Positions 26,048-38,235 of a DNA stretch of 64,000 nucleotides are shown one piece after another (the stretch's first letter is position 1; every line of letters begins with the position of its first letter). The DNA is from Eledone cirrhosa. Taxonomy: Eukaryota. The stretch is from NCBI GenBank assembly GCA_964016885.1, contig OZ024744.1:72974001-73038000 (forward strand), written 5' to 3'. The translations under genes were made by a program, and so were the position numbers. A model generated the notes under the pieces. It had not been told where the DNA came from. It saw only the letters and a program-made list of their open reading frames with translations, and made no database searches.

Positions 26048-27197
26048 AATAAAGGAAGGTCTGCGGGATTGCGTATGGTTTATTTTTTTTATCCCGTTTG
26101 TAAAATAAGTTGGATTACTTTGAATAAATAATTAATGAATATTACATAATTTATCTACTAAATTTCGTAAACCAAAATAATTCCGTAAAAATAATTTCAA
26201 ATTGACTTCTTTTCAAAGTTGCACTTCTGGTATATTGTCGCCACCACCACCACCACTTCAACTACCATATATATAAAAAGAGAGAGTTTGTGATGAGAGA
26301 GATAGAGAGATTATGATTTTCTACACCTAACGTGTATGATTGTGCACATACATACATCTATATGTATGAGTATATAACTTTAATTGCGCAAACACAAACT
26401 TATAAAAATACACTCTCACAGACATAATTCACACAAATACACATACTTTCACACAAATATACATACATTGACACATACTTTCACACAAACATACATACTT
26501 TCACACTAATATACATACATTCACACATATACTTTCACACATATACATTTTCAGTCATGATAGTGTTCGGTTTAATTGGAGATGGGAGGGTATACTTTCA
26601 CACAAATATACATACATTCACTCATACTTTCACACAAATATACATTCATACATACATTCACACATATACATTTACACAAACATACATACATACATTCATA
26701 CATATACATTTACACAAACACACACACATTCAAACATATACATTTACACAAACACACACATACAGTCATGATAGCATTTTGTTTAATTGGAAATGGGAGG
26801 GTAAAACAAGTATAACGTTTTATTTATTTATTAACTCTTTTTTTTTTAAACTCATCTAAACTATAATAAAGTAAGGAGCGCGGGACTTCTTTAAAATTTC
26901 TGAAATGTCAACACTTCCGTTGGCCATCGCTTAAATAAACATACTAATTTTCTGTCACTAATTTTCTCCTAATGCAGTTTATATATAATATCGTCTTTTT
27001 TAATGTATCATAGATTACGTTACTGATTAAATAAGACGGTGTAACACAGTCTTCGTTCAATTTCTGTGTATTATATATTGTCAATTACGATTTTATTTGA
27101 TGTATCATATCTACATGTATATATACCTGCGTATAATATCAATATACACACTACACATGCTAGCAGAAGACCACCCAAAGGGTGGTTTTTCTGCTAG
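26041..27197 (+). mobile_element. Non-autonomous Helitron-like element (composite, same family)
   Basis: Ends ACCACCC-AAA-GGGTGGT...CTAG|T. 5'-type motifs AAACTATAATAAAG occur at ~26041 and A|TCTAAACTATAATAAAG at ~26856. Contains internal (ACAT/ACAC) repeats. Confidence 0.7.
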
Positions 27198-28049
27198 TAT
27201 ATATAATGATGATGATGATGATACAATCCTTATCGGACCCTCTTCAGATTTTGGTCTTCATAATTATTATCACTTATATTACATTATATGTAATAAATAA
27301 ATGATAAATGTAGACAGTTATTTTTTGTTTTTGTTATTTAATGGGTAAAATAACTCTTCCCATTATGTAATTGCTTTAGTTTCGACACATGTTCTCAGAT
27401 CAAATCTCTTGCCAGACAAGTACACCCAGTATATGGTATTCATTAGGTATTATATTGAACTGGTAATTATGATTTTACAATAAAGTAATCATTTCGGTTT
27501 GAACAATTGGAAATCAAATGAATTACAAAATATTTACAAACTCCAAAATAGTTACTGGTATCATTCAACTAAAAAGACCCCAATGTGCTCATAGGCAAAC
27601 CCCTTTCTCATAGAAGTCACGCTGAATAATACAATTTCCATACACACTCACTCACTCACACACACACACAGGTGCACATGGCACATACATACACACACAC
27701 ACACGTGCACAGACACACACATATTATCTGTCAACAGTGAAGAACCGTTTTAGTATCAAGGTCAAATTGCAAGTATGAAACATCTGTAATAAGAAAAAAA
27801 CAATAAATCTTAAATTTTACAAATTCATAGTTATGTAACTTATAATAAATCACTATTTGGGTTTGCTTCTAAGATTTGAACCATTCATTTCACACAAGGA
27901 GTTTTAAAGACTTTGTCAGTTGACAGACCAACATTTATACGGGAGGAGAGGTGGGGGTGGGGGCTTTTTTTTTTCTCACATACAACTGTTTTCTTACTCA
28001 TATATATAATTCATGCACATGTAAAGATACACACACACACATACACACA

Positions 28050-28127
<78 letters not shown>

Positions 28128-29265
28128 TCTTTAGTGATGTTCATCCATTTACATAATAATCAAAACATCTGATACAGAAGACAATGTATAGTAGTTAGTA
28201 GTGAAATGTGCGTTATTGCTTCATATTAAGGGACATTTTCTATATCTTTGCTGCTGCCAGTGGTATAATTCCTGGTTTTTATTTCTTGTTAACAAAAAAA
28301 AAAAATGTTTGTTGTTTTCTATTCCAATGCTTCCTGTTAGAAATGAAGATTTTTTTTTTTCAATGCCAGAAAATAAATGAATTCCTTCTGGCGTTGCTGC
28401 AGTGATATTTACACCTGTCTTTCTTTATTCCCTCTCTTCCTCACACCTCAGTCTTTCTTTATTCCTTATCTCTCCCCTCCCTCCCCCTCTCTCTCTCCTC
28501 TCTCTCTCCTCTCTTTCTCCTCTCTTTCTCTTCCTCTCTCTTTCTCTTCCTTTCTATCCCTCTCTCTTACTCTCTATCCCCCCTCTCTACCACCCTTTCT
28601 CTCTCTATTCCTTATCTCTCTCTCTTCCACTCTTTCCAAACATCTCACTCTTTTTTTTCTTTTTTTTCCATTGTGAATCTATTTACTTCTGAGTTTGTAT
28701 GCACATAGCCTGAAAGAAACCAAACCAAACCAAACCAAACCTTTCTATCTACTGTTAAAAAGCATGAAATGTTTGCTAAGCAGTAGCTGTAAAATGGAAA
28801 TGAGTCAAACCCTTCTATCTACTGTTAAAAGCATGAAATGTGTGCTGAGCAGTAGCTGTAAAAAATATTATACCCCCTAGGAGATTTTTCAGTTTTCCTT
28901 TTTTTTTTTTTCCATGTTTGTGGAGGTGGTGGAGGTGATTTCTTTTTTTTTTTTTTTTTTTTGTTTTTTGAGGTTTCTTTTTGTATTTTTGTTTTACATT
29001 GTTTGATTTTACATTTCAGATTTGTCTTTGCTTTTTCTTTTTTTTTTTTTACTTTCCTATGAGTGAGATTTCTCTCTCCAACATAGTTTAGGTCTAGTGG
29101 ATATGGTAGCTGTTTCATCAATTGTCATGTGAAAATACTTTCTATCTCTCTATCTCTCTTCTCTGTCTCACTCTCTCTCCCTCTCTGATTTTGTACATTA
29201 TTCATCATCATCATCATCATCCTCATCATCATCATCATCACCACCACCATCATCATTACTATTGC

Positions 29266-29307
<42 letters not shown>

Positions 29308-29848
29308 TGTTTTGTTGTTTTGTGGGGGTGGGGTGGATTGGAGTTGGGATGCAGAGAGTAGGATTCTTTTATTTATATATTTTTAATATTTTCATACCCT
29401 TTTTTCAGCTATCAAATAGTCTCATGGTACATGATTTTTCACTCCTTTAAGTAGGTTACAGCTCCTTATAGAAAAAAAGGGGAATGATAATAAAATAAAT
29501 AATGATGATGATAATAATGATATCTTCATTAGTTATGAGGGCTTTCACATATAATACAGCAAACATTTTTAACATAGGGGCTATAACACATGTGGGTTGG
29601 ACAAACAAAGTTATATAACAATGAGGATGGAGGGAAATGTCTTTATACAATAGATGGATAAAATTTGATAAAGGTATGAAATAAGTTATAAAATACACAA
29701 TAATTAAGACGAGATCATCGTCATCATCATCATCACCATTTTACGTCCATTCTTCCACACTAGCATGGGTTAGATGGGTTGTTCTGTTGTGGGCAGTGCC
29801 CAGTCGGCTGACCTTGTCTTGATAATATAAAATATGAAAAACATTTAA

Positions 29849-30038
29849 CCCTTTAGCATTCACATTATTTCATGGTAAAAGCTTTACCTCACATAATTAT
29901 CTCACATAATATTGAATCTATGAGATTTTGAAAGTATTTATTTTGAGAACAATACCTTAACATAAGTTTGAGCGACCAGTTACAGCCAGTTTCAACAGAA
30001 AGAGGTAGAGAATTCTGGCCGGTTTGAACACTAAAGGG
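29849..30038. mobile_element. piggyBac MITE
   Basis: TTAA|CCCTTTAGCATT ... ACACTAAAGGG|TTAA. Confidence 0.85.
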
Positions 30039-30664
30039 TTAAGGTTTACTCACCTACACATGATTGGAACCTAATAGTTAAGTCAAGTCAGAGCTTCCCA
30101 TGTTTCTGCTTGCCTGCCATGCATTACATATTTCCTGAGTCTATTCTAGTCTAAAGTTTGTCTTAAGCCAGAAGACTTGTTAAGCCAGTACTTATTCCGG
30201 TTTCATGGCTTGAAACGACTTAGAGTACAGTACAACACTCCCTCTCTCCCTGGACAGGACGCCAGTCAATCACAAGTTTAAACCCACAGCTATTGCTAGT
30301 ACTCTTTTTCAGCTGAGTATACTGGAGCAACGTTAAATGAAGTGTTTTGTTCGAGAACACAACATGCAATCCAGCCTAAGAATCGAACTCACAACATTAT
30401 GATCATAAGTCCAACAACCTTACTTTTTCTGAGCATCACTGAAATCATCCATGAACATTTCTTTAGTGGGTTCATCAACAACACAATCCACATTTCCTAA
30501 AAGTAGCCTATCTCTTTTTATACTTCTTTCTTTTGTCATATTACAATTAAAAATCAATCACCTGTGAGCTCTTCTTCCATGTCAACTTCCATGTCAATCC
30601 TCAACTTCCATGTCAATCCATATATTACATGGGTTTGTCTCCTCCAATTCTTACACTTTATTAA

Positions 30665-30879
30665 CCCTTTAGCATTTAAACCACCGTATCTGGCTAGAAT
30701 TCTCTCACCTCTGTCTGTTCAAACCGGCCATAACCGGCCGCTTATACCAACGTTTAGGTATTGTTCTTAAAATAAATAACATGAACATCAAAATTTCATA
30801 GATTCGATATTATGTAAGATACTTATGTGAGATAAAACCTTTACCGTAAAAATACAATAGTAATGTAAATACCAAAGGG
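30665..30879. mobile_element. piggyBac MITE
   Basis: TTAA|CCCTTTAGCATTTAAACC ... AAAGGG|TTAA. Confidence 0.85.
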
Positions 30880-31726
30880 TTAAACAAACCAATGCTGCTC
30901 ATTCTGATAACTATTTATTTAAATATCATCATCATCATCATCATCATCGTTTTTACATCCATTTTTTCATGCTTGCATGGGTTGGACAGGTCCTTCTCAG
31001 TACAGCATTTCTCCACTTGACACATTCCTTCATCACCTCCTCTGCTGTCAGGTTGTAAGTTCGATTCCTAGACCAGATGGTGATCTGTGTCCTTGAGTAA
31101 GACACTTTATTTCACGCTGTTCCAGTTTACTCAGCTGTAGAAATTAGAGAGGAGAGATTGCTATGCATGGGCAACTGCTCATCTTCTACAAACAACCTTG
31201 CCCAGACTTTGTGCCTCAGTAGGGAACTCTAGGTGCAAAGCCCATGGTCATTTGTGACCGAAGGGGTTCTCTACCTCTCTCTCTCTATATATATATATAT
31301 AGCGTGGAAAGTGGACATTATACAATGATGAATATGATGATGATGATGATGATATATATATATACAATAATCATCATCACTATTGATCTATTTTCCATAC
31401 TGGAATTTTATAGTGACTCCGGGATGCACTTGGTGCTTTTCGTTGTGGCACCAGAACTATCTCATTAAAGCACTAGGATACACATTGTACTTCATCTTGC
31501 TGGGCAAGTATTCGTGTGTTTGGGTCTGGGGTACAGATACTGCACTGTTGGAGGGGACAGGCAGAGGGCTCATGCTGGTGACTTTCAAGCAAGTAGTGAA
31601 TGGTGTCTGACATTGTGAAATGTGCCCAGCTTCCCATCGTAGCTTTAAAAGGGGCATTTATATACTGCTGGCAGTAAGGGGTGGGGTTTGGAGCAAGTTG
31701 GTGGGAAGGTGGCTCATATATATATA

Positions 31727-32233
31727 CAGGGTGCGGACGATATTTGTTCGCAAGATTACTGTCTAGGAAAAAATAACACAGTAGTTTTATTTGTTAAGAT
31801 TTATTTATCAAACTTGGGTCAGTTTGTCTTCATGACTTGTTCTTTCGATCTCACTCGATAAACCCGCCATTGGCTTTGCTGATGGCCTCAAGGCGGCCTC
31901 AGAACTGGCTACAGGCCTTCATTACTGTCCCCCGACTTAGGCCCCTAAAGGCACTTGTGATCCTGGCCTTCAGATCGTCTTTCGTATTGCAGCTAGATCT
32001 GTTGGTGTCTCGTTCCACTGCACCCCACACAAAGAAGTCAAGGGGGTTGCAGTCAGGCAAGCTGGGAGGCCAGATGTCAGATGAATGTGGTCGATGAATT
32101 TCTCTGACAGCCAGGCTTGGATCTTTCGGCTGGTATGGCAGGGCGCTGAGTCTTGCTGCCACACGTATGGCCTAAAAAAAATGTGCATAAAATTAGCAGT
32201 TGAAAATTGCAAACAAATACCGTCCGCACCCTG
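31727..32233 (-). mobile_element. Tc1/mariner DD37D (maT) internally deleted element
   Basis: TA TSDs and ~27-bp TIRs CAGGGTGCGGACGATATTTGTTCGCAA / TTGCAAACAAATACCGTCCGCACCCTG. Transposase relic WQQDSAPCH...WPPSLPDCNPLDFFVW has 37 residues between the last two Asp after repairing one frameshift. Confidence 0.85.
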
Positions 32234-33070
32234 TATATATATATATTAATAAATTTACGAAATCACCTTACCATGAGATGCTTTGCACATCCATTGTATT
32301 GTAACACCATGCCATACACTATCTTACTCAATGCTAACTGAAATGAATTCAGGAAAACAGAGTACTCACTTGCAGAATCAGTGGTGTAGTGGCAATATTG
32401 ACCAAATCAATTATATATATATATATATTATATATATATATATATATATTATATATACAAATAAAATACAGAGTTACTAACTCATGTTGATACCCTGGCG
32501 TTCTCTACCCTCGTAATTTTAGACACAGGATTCACTGTGTTTATTTATATATACAGAGAGAGAAAGAGCCTTATATCGCACAAGGGACATGGTATATTGT
32601 ATATATACCAAATACATATTCTATGGAAGAATATGTACACAGGTGGAATCATAAATGAAACCTTATAGCACTATTTCATACCTGGAGAGTATGGCTAAAA
32701 ATCAATCTCTCTAATCAATCATCTCTTTATTTGGTTATATATATAGATATATATATATATAGGAAAAGAGTCAGGACCCCAACGGCTAAGCTCCAGCCAT
32801 TTCAACAGCTAGATCTGAACTATATCTATATATATATATGAAAAAAGGAAAAGAATGACTTCACTTGTAATTGGTACTCTATAACAATTTAATTTTATGA
32901 TTTTATAATTTTATAATTTTGCTATTAGATCTACATATCAAAATTATGAAATTATAAAATTAAATTGTTATAGAATACCAACTACATGTGAAGTCATTCT
33001 TTTCCTTTTTTCAAATATACCTAACTGAACTAGGATCTCATGTATTTTCCAATATATATATATATGTGTA

Positions 33071-33102
<32 letters not shown>

Positions 33103-33474
33103 CGACCGTGACTTCTGGCGTCACGCAGTAATACAGGGTACCCGACCTCCCATGGGTACATGCTGAAGCATATAAACAATATGCCCCCCCCCCCCCCCCC
33201 CACCGCAAGGTGGTCGTGGAGGTGCCACGGCAAAAAAGCACCCAGCCCACACTGTAAAGTGGACGTGTAGGCGCCACGAAAAAAAGCACCCAGCACTCAC
33301 TGTAAATGAGGTTGGTGTTAGGAAGGGCATCCAGCTGTAGAAATCAAGCCAGAATCAGTTCCTGTATGAGCAAGGCATGGTCAGCCGACCAGACACTGCC
33401 CACAACAGGACAACCCGTCTAACCCATGCTAGCGTGGAAGAACGGACGTAAAACGGTGATGATGATGATGATGA

Positions 33475-33478
<4 letters not shown>
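33103..33478 (+). mobile_element. RTE LINE 3' UTR fragment with (GAT)n tail
   Basis: Reverse-complement match to 34515-34880 and 47861-48200. Confidence 0.8.
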
Positions 33479-33508
<30 letters not shown>

Positions 33509-33949
33509 AGAGAGAGATACTTACACACACACAATATTGTTAGAAACTCTTAATCACACAGCCATAACTCTGCTTATTTTTTTTTAGTGTTATAATAAAC
33601 AGTGAGCTGAACACAATACATAAATTATATCTACACATATTTGTTGTTGTTGTTACAGCTCACACCCTGCAGGTATAGCCAGCTTTCTTTGAGGTTTCTT
33701 GGGTACTTTATCAGTAAGGGGGTCAAGTCCTATCATATATATATTATAACAGTTAGGGATTTAGGCACAAGGCCAATAATTTGGGTGAAAGGGAGGAAAG
33801 TCGATTACATTGGCCACAGACAACAGATATTGGTGCTTTAATTTGTCAAAACTGTAAGGTTGAAAAGCAAGGCTTACCTTAGCAGAATTTGAACTCAGAT
33901 CCTAAACGGCGCACTACTGATACTGCCAACCCACTGCCATTATATATTA

Positions 33950-34297
33950 TGCGGTAAATTGGCAGTATCGGTAGAGGGTTGGACGCCATTCTTTCTAGCA
34001 TAGTTACGTCCCTTTACTGTCTGAATTCAAATCCCGTCAAGGTTAACTTTGCCTTTCATCCTTACGGGGTCGATAAAATAAAGTACCAGTAATACACTGG
34101 AATAATTGCTGGCCTTGTGCCAAAAGTAGAAACAATTATATATATTATAAGGTGGATTGGCAGTATTGGTAGAGGGTTGGACGCCATGCTTTGTAGCGCA
34201 GAGTTAGGTCCCTTTATGGTCTCAGTTCAAATCCTGCCGAGCTTAACTTTGCCTTTCATCCTTACAGGGTCGATAAAATGAAGTACCAGTAATGCAT
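33950..34297 (+). mobile_element. Two SINE family A copies, head-to-tail
   Basis: Family A consensus motifs. An inverted copy lies at ~33755-33940. Confidence 0.8.
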
Positions 34298-34298
34298 T

Positions 34299-34331
<33 letters not shown>

Positions 34332-34484
34332 GTAGAACACTGGAAGGTAATATCCGTAGTGGTCGAGCACTCAGTCCATGGGACGAGTTAGGTAGAAGTG
34401 GTAACACAACAGTTAGTTCACCATACCGAGAACAATTGTTTCACCTTAGCGGATCTTCAGCTTGTACTTATATATATATATTTA

Positions 34485-34514
<30 letters not shown>

Positions 34515-34515
<1 letters not shown>

Positions 34516-35226
34516 CATCATCATCATCGTTTTACGTCCGTTCTTCCACACTAGCATGGGTTAGACGGGTTGTCCTGTTGTGGGTAGTGTCCGGTCAGCT
34601 GACCTTGTCTTGCTCATACGGGAACTGATTCTGGCTTGATTTCTACAGCTGGATGCCCTTCCTAACACCAACCTCATTTACAGTGAGTGCTGGGTGATTT
34701 TTTTCCGTGGCGCCTACACGTTCACTTTACAGTGTGAGCTGGGTGCTTTTTTGCCGTGGGGCCTCCACGACCACTTTTCAGTGGGAGGGTCTGGGGCATA
34801 TTGTCTATATGCTTCAGCTTCGACTTGTACCCATGGGGGGGTCGGGTCTTCTGTATTACTATGTGACGCCAGAGGTCACGGTCGTGTGTCATCACCTTTG
34901 AGAGGTGTAATTGGGTAAGGTCGGCTTTTATCACCTTATCCTAGGTCTTCTTGGGTCTCCCCACTCCGCGGTTTCCATCGACTTCTAGTGCTCTGAACCT
35001 TTTTATGCAGCTGTCATCCTTCATATGCATCACATGTCCATACCAACGCAACCGCCTCTCCTGCACACAGCGTTTGATTCCTCTTATGCTCAGTCTCTCT
35101 CTCAATTCATTTATGCTTTGCTGTTCGCGTATATTACTATTACACATCCATTGGAGCATGCAGGCTTCGTTTCTTTCTAATCTACGCAAGACTTCCACAG
35201 TCAGCACCCAGGTCTCACTACCATGT
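34515..35226 (-). mobile_element. RTE LINE 3' fragment
   Basis: ORF 34941-35207 (RRLERNEACML.WMC...RRLRWYGHVM...GRPKKT) followed by 3' UTR and (GAT)n tail. Confidence 0.9.
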
Positions 35227-35773
35227 AATATTTATATGCAACCAGTCACATGGTTATATGCTGACTCGTCACCGAAGTAAATAACTCGTGTGACTGGTTG
35301 CATATCGGATATTTACTTCTGTGGATTTTATCTGAAGAGAACATGTTGGCAGATGTTATACAAATACCATACATCTTTGAAATATGTATAATAAAATAAA
35401 TAGGTATGGACTAGCGTAACCGTCTTATTTGTTTATTATTATTATATATATATATATCACATTGCCCACAACAGGACAACCCGTCTAACTCATGCTAGTG
35501 TGGAAGAACGGACGTAAAACGGTGATGATGATGATATATATTTAGTTGTCATGTAACATTGAATTCATTATTCATTGCATGCTATATGATTTTGATTTAT
35601 CACCAACTAAAAGGCCTCAAATTTTGTCTTGTGGTCATCAAGCCTCATTGTTTTTTAGTATTGTAGTTGTTTTTAATGAATATGTAATATATCGTCATCA
35701 TCATACGTCCGTTTTCCCTGCTTGCTATATATATATATATAGGCTTTAAGTTGGAATTTGAAGAAATTCACTA

Positions 35774-35973
35774 NNNNNNNNNNNNNNNNNNNNNNNNNNN
35801 NNNNNNNNNNNNNNNNNNNNNNNNNNNNNNNNNNNNNNNNNNNNNNNNNNNNNNNNNNNNNNNNNNNNNNNNNNNNNNNNNNNNNNNNNNNNNNNNNNNN
35901 NNNNNNNNNNNNNNNNNNNNNNNNNNNNNNNNNNNNNNNNNNNNNNNNNNNNNNNNNNNNNNNNNNNNNNNNN
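35774..35973. other. Assembly gap (200 N)
   Basis: Run of N. Confidence 1.
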
Positions 35974-36049
35974 CAATTGTTTTAAAGTAGGATTTGGTTA
36001 TTGTGATTTATAACCACAAAATTTAACCCCACCTCTCTTTTTCTTTCTT

Positions 36050-36193
<144 letters not shown>

Positions 36194-36344
36194 ATAATTG
36201 TTTACTTTTGGCACAAGGCCAGCAATTATCCAGTGCATTACTGGTACTTTTATTTTATCGACCCCGTAAGGATGAAAGGCTAAAGACATACTATATATAT
36301 ATATAGTAATAATAATAATAATATATTATATATATATATATATA

Positions 36345-37344
36345 CTAGCAGCAGTACCCAGCATTGCCTGGGTAGGTAAAATATCTGCTTTGATGAAAAG
36401 GTGTTGATCTTAGCAACTGCTTCTCGATGACTCATCTATAGTCACACACAGGCCATGCGGGGGGGGGGGGGTGATAACCCCTATCACTGAGAAACTGGGG
36501 TGACTGACGAAGGGGCATGCTGGGGGAGGGAGGTAATGACCTCTAACACTAAGCCAAATTTCCTCACGCTACTTGATTGGAAACTGATGAATTCTCAAAT
36601 ACACAACTAAAAGCTCAGACGACATCAGTGGCCATCGTTTTGCATTTGACCATCTATAAGATGTGCAATGATAGGTTCTATCGTAGTATAAAAGTTGAAC
36701 CAAATAAATTGATTTATGTGAGAGGTGGAGCCGAAGTTTCGAATTAGAACAAAATCGGTTGAAAAATGTTGGAGCTAGAGCCGAAAAGGCGGAAATTTGA
36801 GTGAAAAGGTGGTATTTTCGAATATTTAAGTGGCTGCCACGCCGTTCCTGAACAAAAAATCCAAGATGTAAAGCCACTTTAAGACGTGAAATAATCAGAT
36901 CTAGTGTAGTGTAAAATTTAAACAAAGTAGGCTGATTAACGTGGGAGCTAGAGCCGAAAATTGAGTCTAAAAGTGGTATTTTTGAATATTTAAGCGGCTC
37001 CCACGCCGTCCCTGAACAACAAATGCAAAATATAAAACCATTACAGGATGTGCAATGATAAATTCTCTTTTGCTTTCAAATTTGAACAAAATCGGTGGCA
37101 AAATGTGGGAACTAGAGCCAAAAATCTTATTTTTTTATACCTAAAAAAAGGTGACCCACCTATTGATTTTTATCTGCAGAATGACCCTGGAATAAAAAAA
37201 AAACGATACGCTGATATATAGAAAACACTCCCCGATGACTAATCTATGAGCATGTAAAGTTTCATGAAAATCGGTCATAAGATGTAGGTCCTATAGGTAA
37301 TACACAGACACACACACACATACTTAATTTTATATATATACAGA
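36345..37344 (-). mobile_element. Non-autonomous Helitron (~1 kb, second family) with internal tandem subrepeats
   Basis: The - strand begins A|TCTGTATATATATAAAATTAAGTATGTGTG and ends with hairpin TACCCAG-GCAATG-CTGGGTA, then CTGCTGCTAG|T. GGA(G/A)CTAGAGCC recurs at ~36771, 36944 and 37108. Confidence 0.8.
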
Positions 37345-38068
37345 TATATATATATCCCTCTTTATGTCTCTCCATGTCTTTCTATGTTTCTATCATTATC
37401 TCTGTTTATGTCTTTCTATGTTTCTATCATTATCTCTCTTTATGTCACTCTCTCTCTACTCTCCATCTCTCTCTCTTTATCGCCCTCAATATCACTCTGT
37501 CTTTTTCTCTTTCTCTCTATTTTTCTCTGTCTTTCTCTTCCTATTCTCTTTTTGTAATCCACCCGAAATTGCTTCCATTAAAGTGTTAGTCTAAATTCAA
37601 ATCTTGAATTGAAATCTCACTGTTACACCGACAGAGAGTGTTAGGTTGCACTAGTTAAATAGTTGTCTTTCATTTATTAAATTGAAAGTTAGTCATTTCA
37701 CGTAAAACCTCTCATAATTCTTGATTATTTTCATAAATAAAACACAAAAGGGGGTAGTATATTCTCAATAGAAATATGTTCATAAACGGGTTGACTTCAT
37801 ATAATTATTTATTTTATTTAAACGTCCGTATAGAGCCAGTAAGCCATGACAGAGTAGGGGAAATTTTGAACATTTCTTTCTGTCTTCTATTACAGAATCT
37901 TAGCTGTTATGTTTTGGTGGGTTTTTCTGCATATTGTAAAGTTCTTTAAGAAAACATTTTCCCCGTCCCACTTTAATTTTCCATGAAGTTTTTAATTCTT
38001 TTGATACTACTTGAAACTGCTCTTCTTCTAATATATCATCATCATTTTACGTCTTCTTTTCCTTATAT

Positions 38069-38235
38069 ATTATACTTTGGGAAGGTCATGCTGCCAATAA
38101 AAACACACGCACCTGTTGGTTTTCTCTTCAGTTCATTATATATTTCCAGTTGGTTGGTTTAATAACTAGATGGTTGTTTACTTATTGTCAAAGCTCTTTC
38201 ATCACACATTCTGAGACCTCCCCAGTGACTAACCT
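38069..38235 (-). mobile_element. Solo pLTR of the Penelope-like family, with a mutated hammerhead
   Basis: Reverse-complement match to 21609-21772. The - strand reads AGTCA-CTGGGGA-GGTCTCAGAATGTGTGAT-GAAA-GAGCTT-TGACA. Confidence 0.75.

Noticed and set aside
35751-35773. AG|TTGGAA start (LEFEEIH) resembling the twin exons
   Set aside because: No pyrimidine tract, and it runs into the N gap, so it cannot be evaluated. A further exon hidden in the gap cannot be excluded.
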